Assembly (NCBI RefSeq): GCF_009914755.1
Contig: NC_060932.1
Origin: the human T2T-CHM13v2.0 reference genome, Homo sapiens
Length of the DNA: 64,000 nucleotides
Strand: one strand, 5' to 3'
The notes under the pieces are model-generated. The model saw only the letters and a list, made by a program, of their open reading frames with translations. It was not told the origin of the DNA and did not search any database. Position numbers and translations under genes: made by a program. Shown in pieces: positions 14,555 to 34,025 of the stretch (the stretch's first letter is position 1; the number at the start of each line of letters is the position of its first letter).

Positions 14555-14654
14555 CTAAGAGGTAACACATAAGCTCAAGAATTATCAGGCAAATTAATGA
14601 ATTAATCAGTTCACTGATAACACCATGCCTTGGTGCTAAAGATACAAGGGTATA

Positions 14655-14990
14655 CTGGATAATTTGTTTCCTCCTCAGATCTGTTGGCTACTTCTCCCAC
14701 CTGCTCTGTGCCCCCAGGAAGCTGACCCAGATGGACTACATTAGCAGGCTGCTTTGCCCTCTGGCTTCGGGTTGTGTTTGGCCAGGGAGAGGCATCAAGA
14801 GGAGATTAGCAGGTGGAAGAAGAATGAGGTTGGGTGTTTATTCCCTAAAGCATGGCCCCACAGGGTTGCCTAAAGTTGATTGCATTCCTCCACCCAAGGC
14901 CTTGGCTCCTGTTGGGTGACCCTCTCTATAGCTCTTCGAGTTCTAGATTTCTTCACTTGTCCTTTCAGACCTATAAGGAGGCTTCCTGCA
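14655..14990 (-). mobile_element. LTR16-like ERVL LTR fragment
   Basis: 'ctctggcttcgggttgtgtttggcca...gaggttgggtgtttattccc' recalled from LTR16. Confidence 0.55.
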
Positions 14991-16074
14991 GGGATTAAAA
15001 ATTCCCCAGATGGAGTAAGAAAAAAAGCCATTACTTATTTATTCAATCAATGCATATTTATTGAACATTCAGATATCAGACCCATTTGAATGAAATGCTG
15101 AGCTTGGAAGTTTTAATAATGGTGGGAAATGGGGGGAAGGAATAAGTCAGAAACAGAGGGGTCATCAAGAAGGACAGGTGAGGGTTAAGAGCTGCATGGA
15201 CATCTGTTTGTTCACCTTTCACCCCTCCCCCTTCTTTCCTGTTTGAGTACATTCCATGTGGATCAGGTGGAACCAAGCACACTTCACCCTATTCCCACCC
15301 TATCCCCAAAGAGGTAGACAAATGATCCAGGCTCATCTAATCAGAATACAGCATTCTCCAGGCTAAGAGATGAGTTTATAGACCCATGCAAGGCCAGTCA
15401 GAGTCCTTCAACAAGATCTGATAAAGGGATACTGGGAGAGAGGGGAAGCCAGTATTTAATAACACCAGGTACCAGGTACTATTTTCCAAAGCATTATTGG
15501 ATATTTCTTCACAATGTCTTTTCAAAATGGATGTTTACTATCCTCATTTTACAAATGAGAAGACTAAGACTTAGGGAGGTTAAACATCTTGCCCAAAAAC
15601 ACAGAGCTAGAAAATGGCAGAGCCAGGATTCCACAGTCCAAACATTGCCTTTACTCTGTTGTTCAGAATACAACCATCGCCACAAAAGATATACTATTCA
15701 GTAATTTGGCAATTACTTTCCTTAAATTCAAATCAAACCAATACCCAGCCCAAGTCTGGGAACTGGGAATGCTCACAGAGAAGAGAAATCTGAGGTGGAG
15801 GCAAGTCAATGCCTTTAAAAATCCAGGTATCAAGGGGAGGACAGGTGGGGAAGCAACATGTCCCTGGATCCAGGGACTCTTGGATGACACAGATTGCTGG
15901 CTGGTAGATCACTGGCCAAAGAGTCAGGAACCTTAAGCCTCATTTTGTGCACTCTTCAAATTCCTAGGACATCTTTCCCCAGAGCAGGGATGGAGGAAAC
16001 AGGGGAGAGAACCAAAGACCATGAAGAGTTTCGAGAAAGGCTGTCCTGATGCTCCCATCATGCTGCTGATGTCA

Positions 16075-17545
<1,471 letters not shown>

Positions 17546-17723
17546 TTAAAAATAGAAAGTAAGCATTCAATAGGGGGATCTGATCTAGACCACACTATCT
17601 GGAAAAGCTTCTCAGGGAAAGTAACTTTGAAGCTAATACCCACTGTCATTGTCTTGTGATCGTCCAGTTATCTCCTACTTTAAAGGCAGGAACTTTGTTG
17701 ATTCTTCTCACACAGTGTTTTCA

Positions 17724-20153
<2,430 letters not shown>

Positions 20154-20280
20154 CCATTCTATTTTTTAGAGTCTACCCTAATAACATTTCAAAATATTTG
20201 GCTAAAAGAATGTTTATTGCAACATTTTTTAAAAGAGCACATATTTTAAGTCAATATGATTTCTAATAGTAACAGCTTGA

Positions 20281-20705
<425 letters not shown>

Positions 20706-23103
20706 TGAGATTCCAAAGGATTTTAAAAGCCATAATTATAAGTTTAAACTCACTTCTGAAAGCAACCAGGAGCTTTGAGGATTTTAAGCAAAGGAGTAAC
20801 ACTGGCTACAAAACATACGTGAGATAGGGCAGAAAGGGGACTGAGCCAGAGAGACTACTTACAAGCTGTTGCCATTGTCCATGTGAGAAGCACTGAGCCA
20901 AAGGACTGCAGTGGGGTAGAGAGAAGTAGATGAATCCCAGAAGTGTTCATATTTAGAACTGCTGAAATTTGCTTACCAATTACATGTGGATGCTGAAGAT
21001 GGATTATACACCTTGTCTTTGCTCTGTGTCCCCCAAATACTTTAAATGCTCCATTAACTCGTGGATAGTTTCCATCAGTGTTACCCTTGCCTTCCCAGAG
21101 CAGAAACAAAACCTACATTTCCCAGCCTCCCTCACAGCTTGGGGGCAGAAATGTGCCTGATTCAACTAGCCAGATGCACCAGTATGAGAATTCCATCCAG
21201 AAGTAACCTATGCAGGGACACAGGCTGGACAGGGGGCATCCATTTTGCTGGTACAGGGGACGGCAAAAGCTGTGTGGTTTCTCATCTCAGGGACAACTGC
21301 ATCGACGTGAATGGGACAAATCTACATGTGGACCTGGGAGCTTAGTCTAGAGCTCAGATGTCTACCCTTCGAATAATTCTGTGAGTGAGAAGAAAAGAGA
21401 GAGAAGAAGAAAAAAGAAGGAAAAATCTTTCTTTCAGAAATGGAAATGGACTCTGTTGTCTGCAACTACAAACTGTGACTAGCAAAGAAGTAAAAGGAAG
21501 CAACAAAGATATGTGGCTTGGGCTACAGAGGAAAGGTGGGGCCACTAGACATAGAGTCAATACCTACCATGATTGTGGTAGGCACTGCCGAGAGGAAGTG
21601 TGGTCTGAAGAAGCAGCTATTATATGTTCACTTACACTGTAATGATTATAGAAACGAGACATAGATGCATGAAAGCTTATGTGTGATCACAGGAGCATTT
21701 AAATCCAGGTGAAGACAGAAATACTGGGTAGGGCTTGAACCAAATAAAGATGACACTAGAGTGAGGTTAGGGCTAGTGAAGGAAGGCATCTGCAGAAGGG
21801 TTCCATGTTTTTCTGTGTGTGATTGTTGTATTTGGGAGGGCATTGCTTGGCTCTGATTACCTACAGCTGTCTAAACTAATGGTCATGCTGAGAGCAACAT
21901 CTACGGTCCTGATTTCAGTGGTGGCAGGAACTAGGAATTAGGAGCAAGGAAACCCAAATCTTTAGAAAATCACATTTGTTCTCTGAGCTAGTTTTCTCAT
22001 CTGAAAAATGACCATATTGTGATTATAATCACTGCCATTGTGTGCTGAGCACTAGACTCATATCAAAATATCTTCCCCAATCCTCATCCACAGCCCTGGA
22101 TGTCAGCACTACTGTTACTCCATCTACCAGTGAAAATTGTGGGGCCCAGAGAGGTTAAAAAACCAGCTCCAGGTCACAGGGCTGGTAAGTGACAGAACCA
22201 ATACATATCCATGTCTGGTTCTTGCTGAAAAGCCTAGCTCATGAGCACTGCCCCCAGTGCCTACCTGCCTAAGAGGGTGGTTAGGTGACAAATAAAGCCA
22301 CATGTGAGAGCAGGTGTTCTGTCATTTGTTAAAGCTGAGATGTGCAGCCTAAAAACCTGGCTTCAAGTCCTGGCTCTGCCATTTGTTTATTATATGAATT
22401 TAAATAGGTTACTTAATTCCTCTCCCATTTTTTATTATCCATAAAACGACTATAATATTGACTATGGCCTTGTCTGCCTACCAGGGTGAGGATACAAATA
22501 ATAATAATTATAAAACAAGAATGACCACAAAACCAACATTTATATGATGCTTAAGTTGCCTCAGGTGCTGTCCTAAGTGCTTTTTCAGAAATGTGAGCTG
22601 ATGCACGTGAATATAATTTTAAAACCAGAAAAGAGTTTTATTATTAACCTGTAGTTTTTATAGCCAAACTGAAATGTCACAGGCCTGCTGGCTGCTCTGT
22701 TTTCTAGGGGCTGGATTCATAAGGGACGAATCTTCAAGTGAAAACTCAGGTTCTGCCCAGTAATGGCCTCTCTCAACTCCCACCTCTCCAAACAGCAGTG
22801 ATGGCTCCAGAGAATGTGATGGACGCTTTACTCACAAACTTAGGATGTTTATTCCTTTGCTCAAGAGGAATCACAGAGGTCCACTCCCTCCTCAGCAATG
22901 GGCCTTATAGGTGTGAAATTTTGCCCATAATGACCTCAAGGCAAAACACAGCAGAATCCACCAGCAATTCTTTCTCTCCTTTCCCCAGAAGAGATATGAG
23001 GACTCAGGCTTTGAGATGCACTGGGTGAGTGTCCTGAATTTGGGAAGCACTGCAGATAATTCTCCTCCTCCTCTGTCAGCCACTTCAGCTCCCCAGACCT
23101 GAC

Positions 23104-23468
<365 letters not shown>

Positions 23469-24876
23469 CCCTTCGTCCTCTTACATTCAGTCTTCTGGGA
23501 GATTCCCGATGTTTTTCTGATTGCTTCTGTAAAAGGACCCAAGGGCTCTCCTTTCTGGAAGATGCTTGCTCTCTAGATGAGGCATGGCCCACTCTGGTCT
23601 GGGCCCCTGGACACACTCTCTTACCACCCTTCAGCACACTTCTCCTCTCCACTGAGTAGTAAGACACCAAGTGCTCAGCTGTGGCTATGACCTATGGAAA
23701 GGTCCATGGCATCTACCCAGCCTTCCGTCACCAGGGTCCACCATCTGAGACTCATGGGGCCTGGACAGAAGGCAGTGCTGATGTGCCCAGGCCAGGGCAC
23801 TGGGGCACCATGGGACTCAGGCAAAGTCTCAGTGTAATGAAGACCTGCGCTGCCTGGCCTTGTCCTCTGTGCATCCATTTTCTTGTGGCAGCACGGCTCA
23901 GGATTTCCAGATCATGCTCTTTCAAATACCATCATCACATCTGGGAAGTGCTGACACATGTAGAGGGAAAAAAATGTCTGGAAGGAAATACACAAAATGT
24001 TATCACTGTGGATTTCTATAGGGTAGTGGGTAACTTTAGTTTTTACATTTGAAATGAAGCATTTTATAAATATTTGTTTTCCCTAAGTGGTTTTAAATTT
24101 TCTTTTCACTGATCTGCATTTTCCAATTTCACTATAATCAATTTACAGTCTTTTGTAGTTGAAAAAGTTATATATATATATATACATATATATATAGCTA
24201 CTCCAGTCATAAAATGACATGCAGCCTTCCAGCTAGAGCAGGACCAGTTTAAAAAAGAAAAATTCCTGGTCAAAAATGTCAAACTCTGCAATTTTAATTC
24301 CACATTAAGTGTTTTCTATCACTTATCCATATCTTATAGTTTCTGTAGATCTGTATCTTACAGTTTCTTTACAAAAAGGCCACACTATATTAACTTATTT
24401 TAATCCAGTGCTTTTTGACCTTGGAACCTGTTTTATCAAATAACACCTAAAAATAGCCTATAGAATTGATCGTTCTAGCAAACATGCTTTTGGAAACATT
24501 GATCTGGTCCAATTTTGCTTCCCCATTTTCAGCCAATAGAACTAAGGTCCAGAGAGATGAAGGGACTCATTCAGAGAGTCACACAACCATGAAGAAACCA
24601 AGTTTGAAGTTGAGCTAAGGTCCTCTCATGCAAGACCACTGTCAAATCCTGCTGGTCAAGCACACGCCACTCCCAGGACACAAACACATTGTTGTGTCTG
24701 TGAACAGTGTCCCCCAGTGTTGTGAAGGACACACCAGTGTGGCTGTACCACACTCAATTCACACCATTACCAAGGTTGAACAGTTGAATAAAGTATTTTC
24801 TGTTATTACTTGAAGAAGTAAAACAATGTCAAAGCTAATTGCTGCAATTATCAAAGTAGCTTTTAAGAAGGTCCTT

Positions 24877-25168
24877 GGCCAAGCTTGGTGGCTCACGCCT
24901 GTAATCTTAATACTTTAAGAGGTCAAGGCGGGCAGGGGGCGGTCACTTGAGCCTAGGAGTTCAAGGCCAGCCTGGACAACATAATAAGACCCTTTCTCTA
25001 TAAAAAATATTTTAAAATTAGCGAGGCTTGATGGCATGCGCCTATAGTCCTAGATACTCAGGAGGCTGAGGCAGGAGGATCACATGAGCCCAGGAGGTTG
25101 AGGCTGCAGTGAGCTATGCTAGCACCACTACACTTTAGCCTTGGCAGTAGACCCTGTCTCCAAAAGAG
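24877..25168 (+). mobile_element. Alu (AluJ)
   Basis: AluJ diagnostics 'cttgagcctaggagttcaaggccagcc', 'gaggatcacatgagcccagg', 'gaggctgcagtgagctatg'; TSD aagaaggtcct. Confidence 0.94.
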
Positions 25169-26001
25169 GAAGAAGGTCCTGAGAAGGCAGATATAGTGGC
25201 TTTGCTCTGCTACAAACTTGGGTTCTCAGTGTAGGATCCTGGCTGGCTGACTGAAGTATAGTTTTGAGAATTAGAATACAGTATTTGTCTCTCTTTTTCT
25301 GCTTTTCTTCCTTCCTCCTTAAAAATTAAAAGACACTGAGTGCCTCAGAAGTGTGCAAAGCATTGTGCTCTAAGACAGGCCTCATGGGAGCTATTGTCAA
25401 AGCCATTGCTATTAGCACAGGGTTCTCTAACCTGCTGAGGAATTCCATTTTCAGGACAAATTTCACTGCATTTAATTTTGGCTTTCTTACCCACTGCACC
25501 AAGTGAGCCGAACCCCCAATGGTAATTAAAATGACAAGTACATTTCTTTCTCTTCTTCCGTCTCACCGTTCCGCATCCCAAACAGACTCAGTACCCCTGG
25601 AAAGCGTCCACTTTTTTGTCCCACTCTGTCAGCCCAGACATGGAAATCTTTCTTTACTTCTCTGAACCAGGAAGCCAGCCTTGCTTCCTTTTCTGTACCA
25701 TGTCCAAGCTGTGACTGAGTCCTGCCAAGTCCCCCCGCCACTTCCCTCAAATCCCTCCATTGCTCCTGACATCCGTGTCCTCTACTTCAGTGCCGTCATT
25801 GCATCACTGCAACAGCCTCCCCCGACTGTGTCCCCGCTCCCTGCCAAAAATGCCTTGGCCTCTCCTGCCTCCCAGCCTCTGTTCTGTCCACTGGCTATCC
25901 ACGCCCCTCCTCCCTCCTGCCCACAGCTCCTTCCCATCCTTTAGTCTTCGGTTTAAGTCGGGATTTTCCTCTACCTCCTTCCTCTTTATTTTCAAAACTG
26001 A

Positions 26002-26471
<470 letters not shown>

Positions 26472-26886
26472 CTATAACCCCAGGGCATGATACCACTTCC
26501 TGCTTCTGCTTCACTCCTACTGCTGTGCTTTGAGCAAGCTGTTTAACTTCTCTTACTGTTTGAAATATCAAAAGGGGCTGCTGAGCCCTACCTCACTTGT
26601 TGTTTAGAGAATTAAGTCAGGCAGTTTGCAAAGTGCCTAAAAAATGCTTGGTCCTTAGTAGGTAGGAATGCCAGTTCCCTTCCCTCTCTTCTTGGTAGGG
26701 GCTATATTGTTATTAGATGGGACGCTTAATGGTAAGCAACAGACACTGAATTTGAGCAAAAACACAAAAAGGGAAGTGAGTAGCTGGTGTTTGTAAACTG
26801 CAGAAGTACGGCAGAGAGTAAGACCAGGGACTCAAAGGCCCTCAACTATCTGCTTTTCTCTCCCTCTCATTTTCTCCCTCTTGCAT

Positions 26887-27537
<651 letters not shown>

Positions 27538-29240
27538 TAAAAGCTCTTCTTTCCCAAGGTCCATTTACAGGAATCCCAGGAAAGAACTCTGATTGCCCTG
27601 ACTGTGGTCATTAGCCATTCTCCTAACTATCACTAGGGTCAGAGGAGTGCAGACAGACAGCGCTTACTCAGAGGGGGACGGGATGAGGAACAATACTCCT
27701 AAAAGAAGGTGGCTGCATTTCCACCGAGAAGCGGACAAGTTCCAGGCAGACACCACAATGAACATCCACCAAGAGAAACCCGATTTAACACAACAGTGGA
27801 TGCCATGGCACTGTGATAATTACAGTTGCTTCTGCAAGCTATTTATATGCCTTCCTCCCTGGTTACATTTCTGGAATCTTGGAAACAGAGACAATGCCTT
27901 TGTTATGGTCCTTTCTCCTATGCTAGCAGAGTCTGGGGCACACGAGGCTGTGAATAGTGCCTGAATAAATGAATGAACAAAGGTAAGCACCAAAGCTTCC
28001 GATGCTTCTCTTTCCAGCTACAAATTGCTCCTATGATCTGGGTTCGGGAAAACAGTTACATAATGGCCCTCAAAGACTCTCCTTAGCTGTTTATGTCTTA
28101 AATGGTCTCACTGAGACTTGCCCACTCTCCTTTACCTTGCTTGGCTTCTTCCGTGAGTTTCCATGTTCCTATTTATAAATGTCACTTGGGCCCAGCTCTT
28201 TGGGCCTGATTCTCTCCTCACTGCCTCCCTTTCTTCCTCGTAGGGGCAGAATGCTTTGGTTCACCTGAAATGGCTTTTCAGAGGAGGTACAGCTGTTCGA
28301 TGTGTTACGGCCCCATCCAGTCCCCTGTGAAAGAGGCTGCAGCATTTCCTCACTGCCTATTTAGCCACACCCCGCCAGGACAGAGCGTAACCTAGCAGCT
28401 TCCGGATTTAATGCATGGAATGATCAACAGGCTGCAAGAGGAAGTGACTGGGCCAGGGGCCCAGAGTCACAAGCTCATTCAGTCCTAGGCCTTGTAAATT
28501 CCAAGTCCCTGGCCATGGATGAGCCTTGGACTGCTTTTCTCAAGCCCTAGAGGTGAAGTCAGCCACCTTCCATATCCTAGGCTCATGCAGGGTGCTGGGA
28601 CATTGATAACTCAGACCACTTCCTGCCCTTGAAAGGCTGAGAAGAAAATTCGTTTTACCGCAATGCAGAGGTCTCAGACCATCAGTTGCACAGCATAGAA
28701 GAGATTAGAATCCTGAATATGCCCTTTGCACCTGGAAAGACCCTTGTTTGACTCCAGAAAACCCTCCAGGGCTCCTTTACCAAGTACCAGCTCATAGAAA
28801 CAGCTAAAGAAAAATCTATTAAAGTCATTTATTTACAATCATAGAAATTTTAGAGCTAGAGGAAAATTCAAGGTAATCTGGTCCCAAACTGTTAGTTCAC
28901 AGGAGAGGAAGCTAGATCTACAATTACACAATTATACCATCACTGTGGTGTGCAAACTGTCCCCAAGACTGTCATCTTAATAATGCATGTCATTTGCTGT
29001 TGGAAAAAAAAAATACATTGAATATTTAGGTGAGGCCCCAAGCTACACATACCATGATCACATTCGATCCTCCCAATAGTAAAATGGGTGTGTTTATTCC
29101 ATCTAATAAATGAGGAAACAGAAGCACAGAGACATTAAGTGACATGCTCAAGGTCACACAGCTGGTAAATGATGGATTAAGGATTTGAACTCAGACTCAA
29201 TTGTTTTCAAAGCATCTATTCCAATGAGAATGAAAATGTT

Positions 29241-29547
<307 letters not shown>

Positions 29548-31065
29548 GAAAATGTATTGAATTAATGTTACTGAAATAAGGCCAGAAAACCTAGATTCTA
29601 TTTCTAAATTTACCACTAACAAGTTGTAGGAACTGGGAAAGACCTTTCATTCACTGGGACCTAGCTTCCTGTTCCATAAATGGAGAGAACAGAGCTGGGT
29701 CAGTGATGGCAATATGTGACCACTTTCTCATCCTATGCCCAAGACAGATGTGACTGTAAGACCAGGGTACCATTTCTGCCTGAGCTCAAAGTAGGCTTCT
29801 AATGTAGAGCTTTATCCAGCCCCTCCCAAACAATTGCTATTGGCACAAATAAAATGCATTTGCCACCCCTTGGCCCAACGAGCTCTCAGATCCATTCCAA
29901 CTCTATTTAATTCATGAAAATTCTGGCCCTGGATTTTGTCATTTCTCTGCAGTGTTGGAAGAAAAATAGGAACCGCTTATCTGTGATTCCACAGAGCAGA
30001 ATCCTGCCAGAAGCAGATCCCTGCTGTTCTCCTGACAGATCATGGGCTGTGCTCAGAACTTCAGGGGCAGGGGTGTAGGGGCCTGCCACAAATGACAGGA
30101 GGCCACGATTCCATTTCGTCTTCTTCCTTAACTCTGATCCACATGAATGGAAAGCTTTCCTTGCTCTGACATTACTGGAACATCACATAGTTCTCTTATG
30201 AAATGAATCTCTATTGCTGAAGTGGCTTGATATCAACAATAAGGCAGCCAAAGAGGTACATGGAAAAACCCCACTGTCTTCCCATGCTGATTGGCTTACA
30301 GGATGAGGGGGTGATGGAGGGCCAGTGAGTCAGAGCTATTTCTACAGAAGACATCCAGAAACACCAAGTTAAGTCAAGTTGCTGAGTCTGTGGTGAGCCC
30401 AAGACAGGAGGTAACAGAAGAATGGAAAATCAGGACAGCATTGAAATCTGATGCTGAGTTGACAAGTTGCTGTCAAATGCCAAGCACAGAGGACAGCAGG
30501 AAGTGAGCCAACTGCAGAGAGCTGAGCACCTGGCCAGATCATCAGGCTACCTCTGTCCAGACCTCAGCAGTGCCCAGGCCTTCACGTAGCAGTCACAGGT
30601 CACTGCATCCTGCCAAAAAAAGGCAGTCCATTCTTCAAGGTGTCTGTTTGAGTCTAGTGTCAAATTACCCCAGATTGTCAGCAAGTGCCTGTGGCCCTGG
30701 CTTGCCCTGGTAGATGAGTCAGCCCAGCTGTGAAGAAAGCCCTGCCGGGCCCTGGGAGGCCAACGCATGCCAGCTGAGGCAAGAAGACAGCATCAGCCCT
30801 GAAGCCTGTGTGGACAAGGAGCCCACTCCCTAACTGAGGCCTGGGACCCCTAACCCCACCCCGACTTCAGATGGGGCTGTGTTTCCAGGACTGCCTCATA
30901 CCCCATTTCAAATCAGGCTACTCAACAGCGACATTTAGTAACAGAAATCATGAAGATTCATTAGATGACTCAGAGAAAAAACAAACAAACACTCTCTCCA
31001 AGAAAGAGAAATTCACAGGAAGGGGCCACATCCATCCAGTTCTGCCCTTCCCGTTTCTCTAGCTC

Positions 31066-31325
31066 AGTGGTTCTCAAAGTGTGGTCCCTGGACCAGCAGG
31101 AGTGACAGATTTTTGCCACGACACCACTTCAGTAATGTTAATTAAATATATTTCCATTCTTTTAAGAGTCAACATAGCTTAGTGAGAAGAGCAGAAGCTC
31201 TGGAGCTTGTTAGAAATGCCCCACCCCAGACCTCTTGAATCAGAAATACTGGGGTGGGGCCCAGCCATCGGTGGCCTAACCAGCCTTCCAGGCGATTCTG
31301 AAGCCTGCTGAAGTTTGAGAACAAG
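31066..31325 (+). mobile_element. MER5A with a 90-bp foreign insert
   Basis: 'cagtggttctcaaagtgtggtccctggaccagcag' ... 'gcttgttagaaatgc...tgaatcagaaa...aagtttgagaac'. Confidence 0.88.
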
Positions 31326-32182
31326 GACGTCTCCAGCTGAACCAGCCACCCCTCAGGAGTAGAGGGAATTCCTGCTCCCCGGCCCAACTTTGTTATGGAA
31401 ACCTCCCAGGACAATCTGCATCAGCGAGCTGATCCTAGTCCCCAGCAGCAGGTGACAAAAGGATCTGGCCTCAGGACTGTGTCATCCCTAGGACGTGATA
31501 ACAGGCCATTGTGGCTGGGGCATATTAGTGGGTGCAAAAGGAGATATAAATCTCGTATTTGGGAAAGGAATGGGAGGGACTGAAGAGCAAGGAAAACTAA
31601 GCCCCTTCTTATCTCCTCAATGCTCAGCCACTAGAAACTCGTAATTAGAGCTATTAATAGCCACCATTTATGTAGAAGCTGCCATGAGCCAGGCACAGTG
31701 GGACATACTTTACCTGTTTCATCTCTCAGCAAATTTTGAGGGACGTAGCTTTATCCACCCCATTTGATAGAAGAAGAAACTGAGGCTCAGTGAAGCTAGA
31801 CGTCTTGTTGGAGTGTGTTCTTTGCACGCATGAGTTGGGACCCGACCTCACGTCTAAGTGGGCCATCTTGACCACAGCACTGCCTTAATCCAACAACCAT
31901 CGTCCCTCCCCACCCCCTCCACTCTTCAAAGGGCCTCATCGTGGGTGATGTGGGGCCAGACTAAGACCAGGAATGTGGACTTTCTCACACATAGTAGGTG
32001 CTTAACAGATGGTAGTGCTCTCTCCTTGCCTCTTTGGACACCCACAATGGAGTGATTCAGAGCCCAAGTTTTGGGCAGATTGTACATGCATGGGCTAAAT
32101 GGGCTCTGAGAGTCAGCATCCAGCTTCACAAAACAGGAATAATGATAGCTGCCTCCCGGGGATGTTATGGAGATGCAATCTG

Positions 32183-32223
32183 CTATGTCTATAGCTATGT
32201 CTATAAAGCTATGTCTATAAAGC
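32183..32223 (+). repeat. Short tandem repeat (GCTATGTCTATAAA-like) x3
   Basis: 'ctatgtctatagctatgtctataaagctatgtctataaagc'. Confidence 0.85.
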
Positions 32224-33798
32224 ACACAGCGTTCCACACGTAATAAGCAGTGACTAAGTGGTCATTACTACTTTACCATAGTCAAGCTTAATACAAGTGT
32301 GTGAAGAGACAGGTAAGGGATTTTCATCCCTACTTTGTGGTTACAGACATAAGCTTCAGAGAGGCTGAGGGGCAGACCTAGAATGACACGGCTGGGAGGG
32401 TGATGGCAAGAGGAGAAGCTCAGCCACCCACCCGGCATCAGCTTCCATTCCTCCATGCTATGCTGCCTGGCCTAGCAAGGGCACCCCTGTGTCATGTTGA
32501 TTCTCTTTTTATTGCAGAAACTCGCTCCCGCTTGTGCACAGTCCAGGAGCTTTGCCCCAACTAGTGCTGTCACAAGTCATGTGACAACAACCAGGGGAAT
32601 GTTCCCATTAACAGAGACGGTGGGACGCCAAGGCATGCTCCCACCTCCAGCCTCCCATCATTGTTGTAACATCTTTGGACACCTCCCTCCTTCTCCCAAG
32701 GAAAGCCACAGCCCTGTGAGTGACCAGAGGCAACAGAACAAAGACCGGATTCTCAGTTTCCTGATTCCCTCGCACAGCACGGTCTCTCTGCAGGGAGTCT
32801 GGGAATCCTGACACTGCCTGGATGGAGTGTCCACACCAGTGGCTAAAGGTCAGAACTGTCTCTTCGCCAACCAAGGGTGGCTGCTCCTATGTGTCTGTGG
32901 CTCTGGCTATAACCCTCAGAGGTGTGTGTTGAGCAAACAGAGCCAGCTTCTGCCATCCATTAGTAAGAGCTAACATTTACTGCGTGCCCACGACCTGCCA
33001 CGTGTTGTTCTAGCTGCTTGCTAATGAACAGCAGCGAATGGTTGTAATGGTTATAATGGCCGGGCACACTGAATCTAGAGCCAGACAGCTTTGGATCAAA
33101 TTACACTCTTCCTCTTACTAGCGTTGTATCTTTGGCCAAGTTACTTAACCTCTTTGTGCCTCAGTTTTCTGACCTGTAAGATAAATGGGGGTAATACCTT
33201 CATGAGGCTCTTATGAGCATCATGTATTCTACTTGACTCTTTACATGTTTGTTCTCGTTTGATCTTCCGAAAACATTTTGAAGTAGGTATTATTATCCCC
33301 CATTTACATGTGAGGAAACTGAGGCATAGAGCCAAGAAGTACACTGCCCTAGGTCCCACAGATGGTAGTGATTGTAAAAAAATAATATCTAACATTTATT
33401 AGACTCTTACCATGTGCGAGGCACAACAAAACAGAGTGGTTGCTACAATTGCCCCTACTTTACAAATAGTGAAAACTGCGGCACAGAGAGACTAAATACT
33501 CTGCCCAAGATCAACTAGTAAATGGCAGAGCCACAATATCAACCCAGGTTGTATGGCTTTGGAGTCTGTGCTGTTCTGTGTTTTGCCACGGAACCCCCAG
33601 CCCTGGCTCTGTCTGTAAACACCCTGAGACTCACCAATAAGCTGTGGAATCGGCCATTTCATGGGGAGGGTGGGTGGCAGAAAGCTCCTTTTTACCTTGA
33701 GTGGCTTTTTTTACCCAAGGAAGAGTTACAAGATAAGCCACAATGATCATCCAATAGAGGTCGTTCTAATTTTGCAAGGGCTGATTCTCCAATCACAA

Positions 33799-34025
33799 CA
33801 GTGTTTCTCAGTGGAGGTGCTATTGACATTTGGATGAGATGTTCTCACGGCTATGCAGTGTGTAAACTGTCCTGCACGTGTCAGGATGGTTACCCCCCAA
33901 CACACACACACACCCACGGAATGTTAATGGCTCCCCTAGCCACTGTACTATACCAAAATGCCCCATGCAACTTTCAAATGTTTTCTCAGTGGAGGGGAAG
34001 ATTCTGCCCCTGGTGAGGACCATGG
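33799..34025 (-). mobile_element. MER20-like hAT element
   Basis: 'cagtgtttctcagtggaggtgctattgacatttgg...ctgtcctgca...gattctgcccctggtgaggacca'. Confidence 0.65.
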
